From a phage, in the sequence record PZ386973.1: a DNA stretch of 64,000 nt, one strand, 5' to 3'. Positions 10,279 to 19,973 of this stretch are shown piece after piece. The number at the start of each line of letters is the position of its first letter. Position 1 is the stretch's first letter. The position numbers and the translations under genes are program-made. Under the pieces are notes generated by a model, which saw only the letters and a list, made by a program, of their open reading frames with translations, searched no databases and was not told where the DNA came from.

Positions 10279-10951
10279 GTTTCAGGGCAGCCTTAACAGC
10301 TTCGTTAATCAATGTAATAATTTCTTCACGAGTCCACTTGTACCCAAGGGATTTTACGTCAACCCCTAACTTTTCCAGGTGTTTAACAGAAGCCAGCTCA
10401 TAATTCATATAATGAACGTTCTGTTGTTTGCCTTCCGATAGAAGCCATACGCGGTAACAACCAACAGGGTTATCCATTGCTTTTTTGATTTCACCGATAC
10501 ACTGATATCCAGGAACCCAGACAAGTTCTCCAACCTCAAATTCTTCTGCTACAGCATCATCAGGAATAATTGGTGGATTCAATGGATCTACAATATCATT
10601 CAAACGAAGCAGAGCGCCATAGCGTTCCAGAACAGATTTAACCATTGCTACAGAGCGGTAATTACGATCGGCAATTTCTTCAAAAGAATCACCAGACAAA
10701 TACTGCTCAATAACGTTAGCTAACTCAATGCCTTCAATGAGAGTGCCGCGTTTCTTTTTCTTCATTTCGGCAACTTGAATCTGGCGGTCTTGCCATTCTT
10801 CAATCATCCTTTCCATAGTTGGATTGGACGATACGCCGAGCATTTCACATGCTGCTTTCTTGGTACCACCGTTCTCCAGATGCTCTATAACCTTTTTAAA
10901 GACTTCATCAGGGATTTCATGGATATGTTTCTTTCTGCGAGAACCAGCCAT
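10247..10951 (-). CDS. hypothetical protein (possible DNA-binding regulator)
   Basis: 234-aa ORF; N-terminal helix-turn-helix-like segment (GGTKKAACEMLGVS); directly downstream of the PN25-like promoter. Confidence 0.45.
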   Translation of the reverse strand: MAGSRRKKHIHEIPDEVFKKVIEHLENGGTKKAACEMLGVSSNPTMERMIEEWQDRQIQVAEMKKKKRGTLIEGIELANVIEQYLSGDSFEEIADRNYRSVAMVKSVLERYGALLRLNDIVDPLNPPIIPDDAVAEEFEVGELVWVPGYQCIGEIKKAMDNPVGCYRVWLLSEGKQQNVHYMNYELASVKHLEKLGVDVKSLGYKWTREEIITLINEAVKAALKLDKEKGKRRE

Positions 10952-10982
10952 ATTTAAACTCCTCTCTCAAATTTATGAATCT

Positions 10983-11011
10983 ATTATACAGAAAAATTTT
11001 CCTGAAAGCAA
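10983..11011 (-). promoter_or_regulatory. strong early promoter matching the T5 PN25 sequence
   Basis: Reverse complement AAAAATTTATTTGCTTTCAGGAAAATTTTTCTGTATAATAGATTCATAAATTTGAGAGAGGAG matches the PN25 promoter as recalled from memory. Confidence 0.7.
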
Positions 11012-11019
11012 ATAAATTT

Positions 11020-11262
11020 TTACGATTCCTTGAGCAAAGAAGCAAGTTCAGCATAGACTTTATCTAACTCAAAGCCGATGCGAAGAGACACGTTTGTTTT
11101 CCGTTGTTTAAGTAACCACTCGGATATGTTAGGGATGCCAGCTAGTCTAGCAGGAACCACCCTACATAGCTTTTCCGAAGTGTCGTAAACAGGAACTTTA
11201 CGTTCTTTTACAGGGAACTTCCTTGTTTCCCATTTTTTATTCTTCACTGTCATTTCTAGCAC
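11020..11262 (-). CDS. hypothetical protein
   Basis: 80-aa ORF. Confidence 0.35.
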   Translation of the reverse strand: MLEMTVKNKKWETRKFPVKERKVPVYDTSEKLCRVVPARLAGIPNISEWLLKQRKTNVSLRIGFELDKVYAELASLLKES

Positions 11263-14104
11263 CTAGCTCTGCCATTGCTTCATCATGCATATGTTTTTCC
11301 TCATCAGTCATAAACTTATATGGAATTGGCATACACTCGATTTTACAATAGGTTCTGTACCAGTCTACAATATTTTCAGTGTTCATATCCTTACCAATAC
11401 CCATCATACCAAGATACATTCTCGCATATTTTGGGTTAGCACTCTGACCTGTTTTAAGGAAGAAATCTTTCTTCTTACCTTTCAGAGCTTCTATGAATGG
11501 TTTGATAGTGATATTTGAACACTTCTTAATATCCTCCCAGAACATCTCGTGCATCTTATGGAAGAATGCAGCTCGATCATTCGGTTTATCCTTGATATAT
11601 TGTTCGACATGCTCAACTGTTACATCTTTAATAGACTCAAGATGATAATAGCGAACAAGAAGTAGTTTAGCTTCATACGCATCTGCATGGCGTGGAGCAC
11701 AATAATCAGGAGTTGAATACAAAATAGCTTTGATTCGCTCTTCCGTATACTCTTTTCCTGCACCTTCGATAGTTCCCCAGCTTTCACTGAAAATATCAAT
11801 AGTTGCACCCTGATCAAGCAAGTAATAACGTAAAGTACTAGTATAGTTCCTAGACTCCAGCTCCCTACGACGTGTGTATAATTGCTGTGCTAACTCCAGC
11901 CAACCTTCATCAATGTTATATTGTTCAGAGCCTGCGGAGAATCCACTCGTAGATTTATCAATAAAATAATAAATGTTCTGAGCGCCACGGTCGCGCCTGA
12001 TTGCTTGAAAACGCATGTTTGGCGCTTGATTACTGGTTCTAGTAATAACGAATACGTTATCAAAATAGTTGAAGTCAACACCACTCGTTACGGATGGACT
12101 ACATAATAAGCAATCAATTTGTTGATCAATTAGCTCATTAGTTGTATAATCCAGGATACGTCGAATATCTACATCAGACGTAGAATTTGAGTGAATTTCC
12201 TTAACTAACGCACCCGTATTACGACGCAATGCCATGCCCTTCTCATTCAGTTCATCCGGTCCACAGTCAGATACTAGGATAGATTTCTCACCCATCTCTA
12301 GGGAAGTCTGAAGTGCAACCCAAATACTGGATTCATCAGGAAACTCATAAGCATGAGCTTTTGATAGCATTTTACGGTGATGATTATAAAATGCAACCGG
12401 TTTATCAAACTCAATCAAAGAACCATATGCTTCAATTGTTTCTGCACTAATATCCCCATCAGATAATATAATGATTTTTGCAGTTGCAAGAATATCCCGA
12501 AGAACCTGAATACATTCACGACGTTGTTTAACAACCGGGGCGAATAATAGGTCATTCATTACAGCATCACATTCATCGATAAAGATTGCATCAATTTGAC
12601 CAATAAAACTCTTGAACTTATGCAAAGAGTGAATAGTTGTGGACATACGGTCAATAGCACCACGCTTAAAATTAAGCATATCTACAGACTTATCATATTG
12701 TCCTGCACTAAATTTCTTAGCATTTGAAGATACCAGTGCTCGAGTATTGGTAATTGCTAAGAAATTACCATTAATAACTCCTGAATCTAACCAACGCACA
12801 ACCGCCGTAGTTTTACCTGTACCTAGACTTGCTTTTACAAAAGTCATATAACCTTCTGGTGGTACAGTATTTAATTTCAAGAAGTTATCAGTCTCTAAAG
12901 AGTTAGTTTCTAGCTTTTTAAGTGGAATACCTTTTAAAACATCCGGTATATCACGTTTAGAATTATTAACAAACGCTTTCAGAGCCTGTTTACGACCATT
13001 ATTAAAGTAGTCTTGAATATTACGACTATTATCTTTAGTTGCAATATATTCTGATAAGGCTGGACGAATTTCTTTTTCTAGCCATGCAAAATCAACACCA
13101 TCCTCTAAAGCCCTGTGATAGAGTTTAGGAATAATACGTAGATACACTCCATCCTCAGCTTCTTCTAGTTCGCTGATAGTTTCTTCTACTTTATCAGAGG
13201 CAGCTTTTTTACCCTTAATTTGGTCGAGTAAAGAGTAGAACTCTTCTTTAAACTCACCTCTAGTTGTTTCATAGTCAACCAGATTATTGGGTAAATTTAC
13301 TTTAGAACCCTTAACAAATACCAGACGTGAAGCACCCTCCGCTTTAAACGGATCTACTATACCATCAGTAAATAAAGGATCTGCAAAATAATGGAGCTGT
13401 ACGGAAGAGTAATAAGCTAAGTCGGCAATATCAAAGCCATACTTTTGTCTACTACTTTCGTTGATAGATGTAAATAAGAATTTGATTTGACCCTGAGTTA
13501 CTTTAACATTAGATTCTAGTATTAAGTGCATTCGGATACCTGGTTTTAGCCCAGCCGAAGACGATGCATGAGCGATAAACCCTGCATCAAGAGGAAACAT
13601 ATCCTCACTAATACTATTTAACATTCTAATAATATGTCGAGCCATGCCAACAAGATCAAACTTGTTACAACCACCTGTATCTACAATACCATCCACGTCC
13701 ATTGCAATTATATGGCTTGGATTAGATACATTAAAGTTGCCCTTCTTACGTCGCACATTATTTTTAGGTGCAAGACATCGACCTCGTACCGCAACGATAT
13801 GAGGGTCAGACGTTAAACGTCTCATAAGAGGAAGCATTTCTACTAGGGTTTGAGGATCAACTTCATCAATTACATCAAACTTGAAGGGCATTGAAGCTGG
13901 TTTACCTTCAGGATGCTTTGAGGAAAATCTTTTAGCAAAAAGATAATCTTCTGCTTTAACTTCTCGCCAATTGCCTGTGGCTAAATCGCGATGAAATCCT
14001 GCATGACCTTGTAGGATTGAGAACACAACAATACTCCTGTGTTGGAAATGAAATAAGTTTTCTTTAGGACTATTCAGAAAGAATAGAACAACTGTTACTG
14101 TCAA
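11237..14104 (-). CDS. large P-loop NTPase, helicase-like (possible origin-binding or replicative helicase)
   Basis: Walker A SLGTGKTTAV and Walker B-like IFIDECDAV; 955 aa; an alternative start at 13891 is possible. Confidence 0.5.
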   Translation of the reverse strand: MTVTVVLFFLNSPKENLFHFQHRSIVVFSILQGHAGFHRDLATGNWREVKAEDYLFAKRFSSKHPEGKPASMPFKFDVIDEVDPQTLVEMLPLMRRLTSDPHIVAVRGRCLAPKNNVRRKKGNFNVSNPSHIIAMDVDGIVDTGGCNKFDLVGMARHIIRMLNSISEDMFPLDAGFIAHASSSAGLKPGIRMHLILESNVKVTQGQIKFLFTSINESSRQKYGFDIADLAYYSSVQLHYFADPLFTDGIVDPFKAEGASRLVFVKGSKVNLPNNLVDYETTRGEFKEEFYSLLDQIKGKKAASDKVEETISELEEAEDGVYLRIIPKLYHRALEDGVDFAWLEKEIRPALSEYIATKDNSRNIQDYFNNGRKQALKAFVNNSKRDIPDVLKGIPLKKLETNSLETDNFLKLNTVPPEGYMTFVKASLGTGKTTAVVRWLDSGVINGNFLAITNTRALVSSNAKKFSAGQYDKSVDMLNFKRGAIDRMSTTIHSLHKFKSFIGQIDAIFIDECDAVMNDLLFAPVVKQRRECIQVLRDILATAKIIILSDGDISAETIEAYGSLIEFDKPVAFYNHHRKMLSKAHAYEFPDESSIWVALQTSLEMGEKSILVSDCGPDELNEKGMALRRNTGALVKEIHSNSTSDVDIRRILDYTTNELIDQQIDCLLCSPSVTSGVDFNYFDNVFVITRTSNQAPNMRFQAIRRDRGAQNIYYFIDKSTSGFSAGSEQYNIDEGWLELAQQLYTRRRELESRNYTSTLRYYLLDQGATIDIFSESWGTIEGAGKEYTEERIKAILYSTPDYCAPRHADAYEAKLLLVRYYHLESIKDVTVEHVEQYIKDKPNDRAAFFHKMHEMFWEDIKKCSNITIKPFIEALKGKKKDFFLKTGQSANPKYARMYLGMMGIGKDMNTENIVDWYRTYCKIECMPIPYKFMTDEEKHMHDEAMAELGARNDSEE

Positions 14105-14526
14105 TTTCTCAACAAATTAATCGCAAATACTGAAGTGGGGTGGCAACTTCCACTTTCACGCTGCGCTGCTGCCTCATTATACCGCACAAATCCTTGAGGA
14201 TGGCCGCTAAGCCAGATTTGCTCACCTAATGCTTCATATACTAGCTCATACTAGATGCAATATAACTTACAGAATCACGTCTCGGTAGTTTTTCACTCCT
14301 CCCATCTCACTTCACAACCACCTCATACTAGGTTGCTTCGAGGCCTTACCAGGGTTCCTATGGGACGCAGATCGCTAAGTATTCTATTAACTATTTGTTT
14401 AAAAACTAACACGTAACAGTTAAAACAACCCTTAATGGGGCAGCCTAACTGTTCCGTATCGCGGATTGTAAACAAGAAAAATTAGCAAAATCAATTTTTA
14501 CTAATGTCTCTCAATTCAATATAAAT

Positions 14527-14555
14527 ATTATATCAAGATTTTGGGCATCCTGCAA
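14527..14555 (-). promoter_or_regulatory. sigma70-type promoter (-35 TTGCAG, -10 TATAAT)
   Basis: Reverse complement TTGCAG-17 nt-TATAAT; about 400 nt upstream of the 955-aa gene. Confidence 0.4.
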
Positions 14556-14649
14556 GTAAAATTTTCCGGATGGTGCTATCATTGGTCTTGAGTACGGATA
14601 AAACCGAGCCAAAATGACTCGGTAATCAGAGTTCAGCTAATAAAAATCA

Positions 14650-15039
14650 TTAGTCATTTAGGCCAGGAACATAGATCCCAACACGGTTTAATTGTTCTTT
14701 AGCTTCTTTAAGAATATCTGGAGTGTACTCCCAAACATCATCTTCCACCTGTAAAAGATGGGGCGAACAACCATCATCCGGCACACGACATATGGCCAGA
14801 CCACGTGGATGGAACAAAGAGAAATTTAGGGCAACAATCAAGCCCATAGCAGACAATTCATTCCAATCCAATTCCCATTCCCCGGCATATCCAGACAGGA
14901 AAACACCAATGCAGGGATCATCTATTTGCTGCTCCGGAAAAGTGAAGGAGGCTTGTCTTACCCCCAACCAACGTTGTAGTAGCTTCTCCGCACGTCTCAC
15001 CAAACTAGGGTCAATCTGACGCCAATATACTTGTTCCAT
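14650..15039 (-). CDS. hypothetical protein, paralog of adjacent ORF
   Basis: 129 aa; shares GL(I/V)(V/F)ALN..LF.P and C-terminal PGL motifs with 15049-15477. Confidence 0.45.
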   Translation of the reverse strand: MEQVYWRQIDPSLVRRAEKLLQRWLGVRQASFTFPEQQIDDPCIGVFLSGYAGEWELDWNELSAMGLIVALNFSLFHPRGLAICRVPDDGCSPHLLQVEDDVWEYTPDILKEAKEQLNRVGIYVPGLND

Positions 15040-15048
15040 TCTGCCCCC

Positions 15049-15477
15049 TTAAGCAGTTAAACCTGGGATCATATACCCGAAACGTCGAAGTTTCTGAATC
15101 CCCTCATTTACTTCTTCCGGTGAGTAAGACCAACCATAACGTTCATTAACCTGAAAACCAGGGGATTCACTAGTCTTATAGTTAACAACGAGGCGATGCT
15201 TAGCAGGCATAAACAGCTTATAGTTTAACGCAAAAACTAAGCCCATTTCATCTAACTCTTTCCAGCCAACAATTTCTTCAAGACCCTCCTCTACCTGAAC
15301 AATTAAACCAATACAGAGGGCCTCATCAATATCATCTTTAAAAGCAAAGGAGATTTCGTTATTCTCACACCATATTTTCAAGGAATTAATAGCCTCATTA
15401 TACAGGCTAGCCGGGAGAGTACGCCAAAAGTTAACCAAAATTGGGTTAGCTTCTTTAGAGAATACATTATTGAACAT
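15049..15477 (-). CDS. hypothetical protein, paralog of adjacent ORF
   Basis: 142 aa; tandem duplicate of 14650-15039. Confidence 0.45.
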   Translation of the reverse strand: MFNNVFSKEANPILVNFWRTLPASLYNEAINSLKIWCENNEISFAFKDDIDEALCIGLIVQVEEGLEEIVGWKELDEMGLVFALNYKLFMPAKHRLVVNYKTSESPGFQVNERYGWSYSPEEVNEGIQKLRRFGYMIPGLTA

Positions 15478-15479
15478 AC

Positions 15480-15986
15480 TTACACCTTAAATTGTTGTAA
15501 GGATTTACACATTTCAAGATCCGGGCTAAATTCTAGCATATAGCTAACAGCTTTTAAATCTTGAAGATTTATCCCAGTCCTACCGTTGACTATAACTGTT
15601 GGATACTGATACATCATAGCACCAGCATCATCAAGCACACACCAATGTTTGAGCTTATGCTTTTCAACGAAGCGAAGAACAGAATTACCCCTAGATAATC
15701 CACCACCAGTAAAATCCGTTGTACCAAGAAAACGATCGATAAGACCTAATCCGGTCATAATTCGAACGTTCTCCATTTCATTTTTAACAGAAAACCACGA
15801 AGATACCCCAACAATCATTATTGAAGAGGGACGAATAAAATCCTGAAAAGCCTTGAGAAGTGGCTTAAAAACCCAATCACTTCCGAAGAAGATCTTTTCA
15901 TCATCCGGCGCATGGTGGTGCGAGATGCTCGAATTGAGCACCCCATCAATATCTAGAAAAATAACTGGAGTATTACTTATTTCCAT
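15480..15986 (-). CDS. HAD-superfamily hydrolase/phosphatase-like protein
   Basis: N-terminal HAD motif I FLDIDGVL; 168 aa. Confidence 0.55.
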   Translation of the reverse strand: MEISNTPVIFLDIDGVLNSSISHHHAPDDEKIFFGSDWVFKPLLKAFQDFIRPSSIMIVGVSSWFSVKNEMENVRIMTGLGLIDRFLGTTDFTGGGLSRGNSVLRFVEKHKLKHWCVLDDAGAMMYQYPTVIVNGRTGINLQDLKAVSYMLEFSPDLEMCKSLQQFKV

Positions 15987-16155
15987 TTTTGTTCCTTTCT
16001 AAGAACGTATCATACTCAACCGTATCAACATATATGACACCATAGTCATCGGATTTATAGTCCATTTCCCACAGCTCACAGCGATAACACCAACTACCAT
16101 CCGCCCATACAAATATATCATCGGGATGTGTATATACAGATTTAACTATAGACAT
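15973..16155 (-). CDS. hypothetical small protein
   Basis: 60-aa ORF overlapping both neighbours by a few bases. Confidence 0.3.
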   Translation of the reverse strand: MSIVKSVYTHPDDIFVWADGSWCYRCELWEMDYKSDDYGVIYVDTVEYDTFLERNKNGNK

Positions 16156-16970
16156 ATTTGTTTCCCTGGCATATAAGGTCTACCCTCTAAATGAGCTTCC
16201 ACACGAGCAATAAAATCAGGATCACTGAAAGCATCTACCGCACCTTTACTCCAGTAAGGGACCCCACGTTCTTCCAGCTGGTACATCTCACTACGAGTCA
16301 TACCTTGATAGCCGGGCTCCGCTGCTAGAGCACTATCATAGTAGTTAACAACCATAAGTTTCGCAGCAGTCAAATTAAGAACAGGAAATAATTCCCAGTA
16401 GAAGTTAATTACTTGGTTAGAGCAACCAACTACAATAATCATATCTTGACTGGTAATACTGTCAAAAACATTATACATTTCTGCGTATGCAGGAGCATGC
16501 TCTCCAAAGAAGATTACATTAGGTTTAGCCCATTTATAATCATCCGGATCGATAGAACTGTATCCTACATCAATAATCCGTTTATTGCTACTATTGTATC
16601 TATCAGCTACAACAACCTCTTTTAAATATCCGTGAATGTGCAGAATGTCACTATGTGGAACGCCAGCACGCTCAATAAGGTCATCAACGTTGGTAGTCAA
16701 GTTTACTACTTGACCAGGGTATTGTTTATGCCATTCACCAATACGCAAATGCGCAAGATTGGGTTCGACAGTTTTTAGCTCTTCACGACGCTTGTTATAA
16801 AACATATGGGTTTTATGGTAAAAATTACCACGAAAGGCATGAATATTACATACTTCTTCTAGATCATAATCATCCCACAATGCTTTACCACTAGCAGTAT
16901 CAGTACGAAAAGCTCGTACACCACTTTCAACGCTCAAACCTGCACCGCTAATAATAATTACTCTACGCAT
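16146..16970 (-). CDS. Sir2-like (sirtuin family) NAD-dependent protein
   Basis: Rossmann signature SGAGLSVESGVRAFR and HG motif (ILHIHGY); no Cys4 zinc-ribbon visible. Confidence 0.7.
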   Translation of the reverse strand: MRRVIIISGAGLSVESGVRAFRTDTASGKALWDDYDLEEVCNIHAFRGNFYHKTHMFYNKRREELKTVEPNLAHLRIGEWHKQYPGQVVNLTTNVDDLIERAGVPHSDILHIHGYLKEVVVADRYNSSNKRIIDVGYSSIDPDDYKWAKPNVIFFGEHAPAYAEMYNVFDSITSQDMIIVVGCSNQVINFYWELFPVLNLTAAKLMVVNYYDSALAAEPGYQGMTRSEMYQLEERGVPYWSKGAVDAFSDPDFIARVEAHLEGRPYMPGKQICL

Positions 16971-17184
16971 TTTTCACCTGTTCTCTGAAGTTTTGCCCAA
17001 TGCTGTCTAATAGCTCAGCTAATTCTTTATTGCCTTTCTCCATTAAGGTATTAGCAATAACTTCTAGCATAGTAGCACAGGATTCAACACCATCCTTATA
17101 GCCAGTTTCCCACTGCTGCATTAATGCATTTTCCAAAGCGGCATTTAAACCATTATCTGGTAGCATCGGCTTCGAGAATGCCAT
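16963..17184 (-). CDS. hypothetical small protein
   Basis: 73-aa ORF. Confidence 0.3.
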   Translation of the reverse strand: MAFSKPMLPDNGLNAALENALMQQWETGYKDGVESCATMLEVIANTLMEKGNKELAELLDSIGQNFREQVKNA

Positions 17185-17356
17185 AAAGTTTCTCCTCTAG
17201 TTCCATAACACGATTTTCATAAGAGGCACGCAACTTTTCAATTGCCAGCGCACGCACTGTAACCTCATTAGAATTAATAGCTAATTGGGCCAGGTCTTCT
17301 GTTTCCATACGTCCATTGTAAATTAAGCGATATTTAAGATGTTTTACGTTTTTCAT
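17153..17356 (-). CDS. hypothetical small protein
   Basis: 67-aa ORF. Confidence 0.3.
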   Translation of the reverse strand: MKNVKHLKYRLIYNGRMETEDLAQLAINSNEVTVRALAIEKLRASYENRVMELEEKLYGILEADATR

Positions 17357-17365
17357 TCTTGTTCC

Positions 17366-17647
17366 TTAGTTCTGTACTGTAAATTTATTCTTATCACAGT
17401 AAGCATAATAATACCCATACATACGATAAATTTTCACAGCCTTAGTAGACCCCTTCGATTCTTCATAATCAATCCAGAGCCACTTGTCTTTACCTACATA
17501 ATGTACCCGAAACTTCTTAACTTTCTTATCATTCCATGTTGCAACAACACGACGATAATCAAATCCGCCCAACCAATCTAGAGCCTTACGTTCTTCACTA
17601 GGCTCTCCAAGATGGGAGACATCTACTTTAGGAAGCAATTCGCTCAT
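17366..17647 (-). CDS. hypothetical protein
   Basis: 93-aa ORF downstream of a minus-strand promoter. Confidence 0.4.
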   Translation of the reverse strand: MSELLPKVDVSHLGEPSEERKALDWLGGFDYRRVVATWNDKKVKKFRVHYVGKDKWLWIDYEESKGSTKAVKIYRMYGYYYAYCDKNKFTVQN

Positions 17648-17675
17648 AGCTTTCTCCTCTCAAATTTATAAATCT

Positions 17676-17704
17676 ATTATATATAAATTTTTGGCTGAAA
17701 GCAA
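17676..17704 (-). promoter_or_regulatory. sigma70-type promoter
   Basis: Reverse complement TTGCTT-17 nt-TATAAT plus ATAAATTTGAGAGGAG leader. Confidence 0.5.
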
Positions 17705-17746
17705 ATAAAATAAAAGCCAGGTCGACTAGCAACCCGGCTGATTAGC

Positions 17747-19624
17747 TTATTTAGCTCGAATATCCTGATGTTTCACTCTGCCCATCACCTCGTGCTGTTT
17801 GCCGGGGTTAAATGGACGAGCACCTGGATTTCCAAGATACCCACAAACTCGACGAGTTACTTCAAGAGTTTCGGGGTCATGATTACCACAGATAGGGCAC
17901 TTAAATCCATCTTCGGATGCTATTGTTTCACCTAAGAATCCACATTTACCACAAGAATCCACTGGAGTATTAATACCGAAGTAATGAACCTTACTAGCAG
18001 CATAATTAATAACCCATTCCAGTGCATCTGGGAATCGTTTCATATCCGGTAGTTCCACATAGGAAATGCATCCACCAGAAGCAATCGGCGTAAAATTAGA
18101 TTCATAGTCGAACTTCACGTTTGGAGCAACCTTACGCTCCACATCTAGGTGGTGCGAGTTAGTGTAGTAACCTTTACTAAGAATATCTTCATGCTCCGGG
18201 AAATATTCACGATCTAAACGGCAGAAACGATCACATAAGGATTCAGATGGTGTAGCATACAGACTATAGCCTAACTGAGTCTCTTCCTTCTTCTGATCCA
18301 CTCTATCCCGCATATATTGTAGAACACGTTGTACAAACTTAATACAGGTCTCGGACATTGTATCTACATCTTTGCCAAACATAAATTGTAGCATCTCATG
18401 GCAACCAATATATCCCAGAGATACAGAAGCACGGTTATAGAAATGATCAAATACATATTCATCAGGCCCCAAGCGTAGTCCAAAGGCTCCTGACATATAG
18501 AGGATGGGTGCGGCTTTAGCTTGAATGTATTTTAAGCGATCAACTCTCCACTCCAGTGCTTTAAGCGCGGTATCCACACGTAGCTCAAGCAAATCAAAGA
18601 ATAGATCAATGTTCCCTTCAGCTTCGATAGCAATTCTAGGCAAGTTTACAGAAACAACACCTAAGTTATTACGACCGGCAGTTTCTCCATCTTCTGCAGC
18701 AGCTAGGAACGAACGGCAGCCCATAGAAACTTTATAGTCACCAGTAACTTCCACAACCTTATCATAGCTGATGTAATCAGGATACATACGTTCAGCAGTA
18801 CATTTCATAGCTAACTTCTTGATGTCATAATTAACATCCCCTGGTTTCATATTTACGCCATCACGAAGTACAAATACCAGTTTCGGGAAGATAGCTGTAC
18901 GTTTATTGATACCTAAACCATCCATGCGTACTTTCAGTATTGCTTTCTGTACTAGACGTGCTTCCCAAGAAGTTCCTAGACCAAAACCAAAGGTAATAAA
19001 TGGACTCTGACCATTAGAGTTGAACATGGTATTGATTTCATATTCTAAACCCTGACAAGCGTCATAGACTTCTTTTTCAGTCATCTCCGTAGCCATTACG
19101 GATGCTTTAGCTTCATCCTTAGTCCAACGTTTTGCAAACGCATGATTTTTGTCATAGGATTTACGAACATAAGGGGCTAATACTTCATCAAGGCGATCTA
19201 CAGAAGTACCACCATACTGATGGGAGCTAACCTGAGTAATAATTTGAGCAGTAATAGCCGCCGCAGTAGTGATAGAGTTTGGAGTGCTAATTTCAGCATT
19301 ACCAACTTTCATACCATTCTTCAACATATCTTCCAGAGCTACCAGACAACAGTTAGTCATGCCTAATGCAGCATAATCAGCATCATGGAAATGAATATCC
19401 CCAATCATATGAGCATTTCGAATCTGAATTGGCATTTCTTCTAGAATTAGATACTTACTCAATTCACCTGCAAGCATATCCCTTTGTGTAGGGAAACGTT
19501 CTGAGGGTTTATTGGCATTATTAAATAGCAGTTCTTCATCTGCTGACCCTTCGATAATCTCTTTGCAGTTTCTAATTAACGCCTGCATTTCTTTATATTT
19601 TAGTTCTTCATTACGATTCATCAC
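17747..19624 (-). CDS. nrdD: anaerobic ribonucleoside-triphosphate reductase (class III)
   Basis: 625 aa; C-terminal glycyl-radical motif RRVCGYLG and zinc ribbon CGKCGF...CPICG. Confidence 0.85.
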   Translation of the reverse strand: MMNRNEELKYKEMQALIRNCKEIIEGSADEELLFNNANKPSERFPTQRDMLAGELSKYLILEEMPIQIRNAHMIGDIHFHDADYAALGMTNCCLVALEDMLKNGMKVGNAEISTPNSITTAAAITAQIITQVSSHQYGGTSVDRLDEVLAPYVRKSYDKNHAFAKRWTKDEAKASVMATEMTEKEVYDACQGLEYEINTMFNSNGQSPFITFGFGLGTSWEARLVQKAILKVRMDGLGINKRTAIFPKLVFVLRDGVNMKPGDVNYDIKKLAMKCTAERMYPDYISYDKVVEVTGDYKVSMGCRSFLAAAEDGETAGRNNLGVVSVNLPRIAIEAEGNIDLFFDLLELRVDTALKALEWRVDRLKYIQAKAAPILYMSGAFGLRLGPDEYVFDHFYNRASVSLGYIGCHEMLQFMFGKDVDTMSETCIKFVQRVLQYMRDRVDQKKEETQLGYSLYATPSESLCDRFCRLDREYFPEHEDILSKGYYTNSHHLDVERKVAPNVKFDYESNFTPIASGGCISYVELPDMKRFPDALEWVINYAASKVHYFGINTPVDSCGKCGFLGETIASEDGFKCPICGNHDPETLEVTRRVCGYLGNPGARPFNPGKQHEVMGRVKHQDIRAK

Positions 19625-19871
19625 ACCCTCCTTCTCTAACTAAGACTACTATTATAACTCATTCGAGGGCGGATGTCAACAATATTTTACTATAAAGTTC
19701 TGTAACATGATCTGAGTCAAAAAATTTTATTTGCCAACCTCTATTAAAAATTGTATAATCACGCACTCGTGTATGCGATATAAAATGATTGTCTAGTATC
19801 ACACATCTACCATTAAAAGCAAGCAAATTTTTTATTTAAATGCAATATCATAGGCTTATTTAAAATTGTAG

Positions 19872-19900
19872 TTGCTTTTTACTGTATATATTGGTATAAT
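19872..19900 (+). promoter_or_regulatory. sigma70-type promoter upstream of the PhoH-like gene
   Basis: TTGCTT-17 nt-TATAAT; a second candidate (TTTGCC...TGTATAAT) lies at about 19728-19765. Confidence 0.5.
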
Positions 19901-19973
19901 ATATTTGTAAGTTGATAAACAAGATCTTTTTGTTGATCCTCTGTTAGCGAAGTACACTATAGGAGTGTTATTT

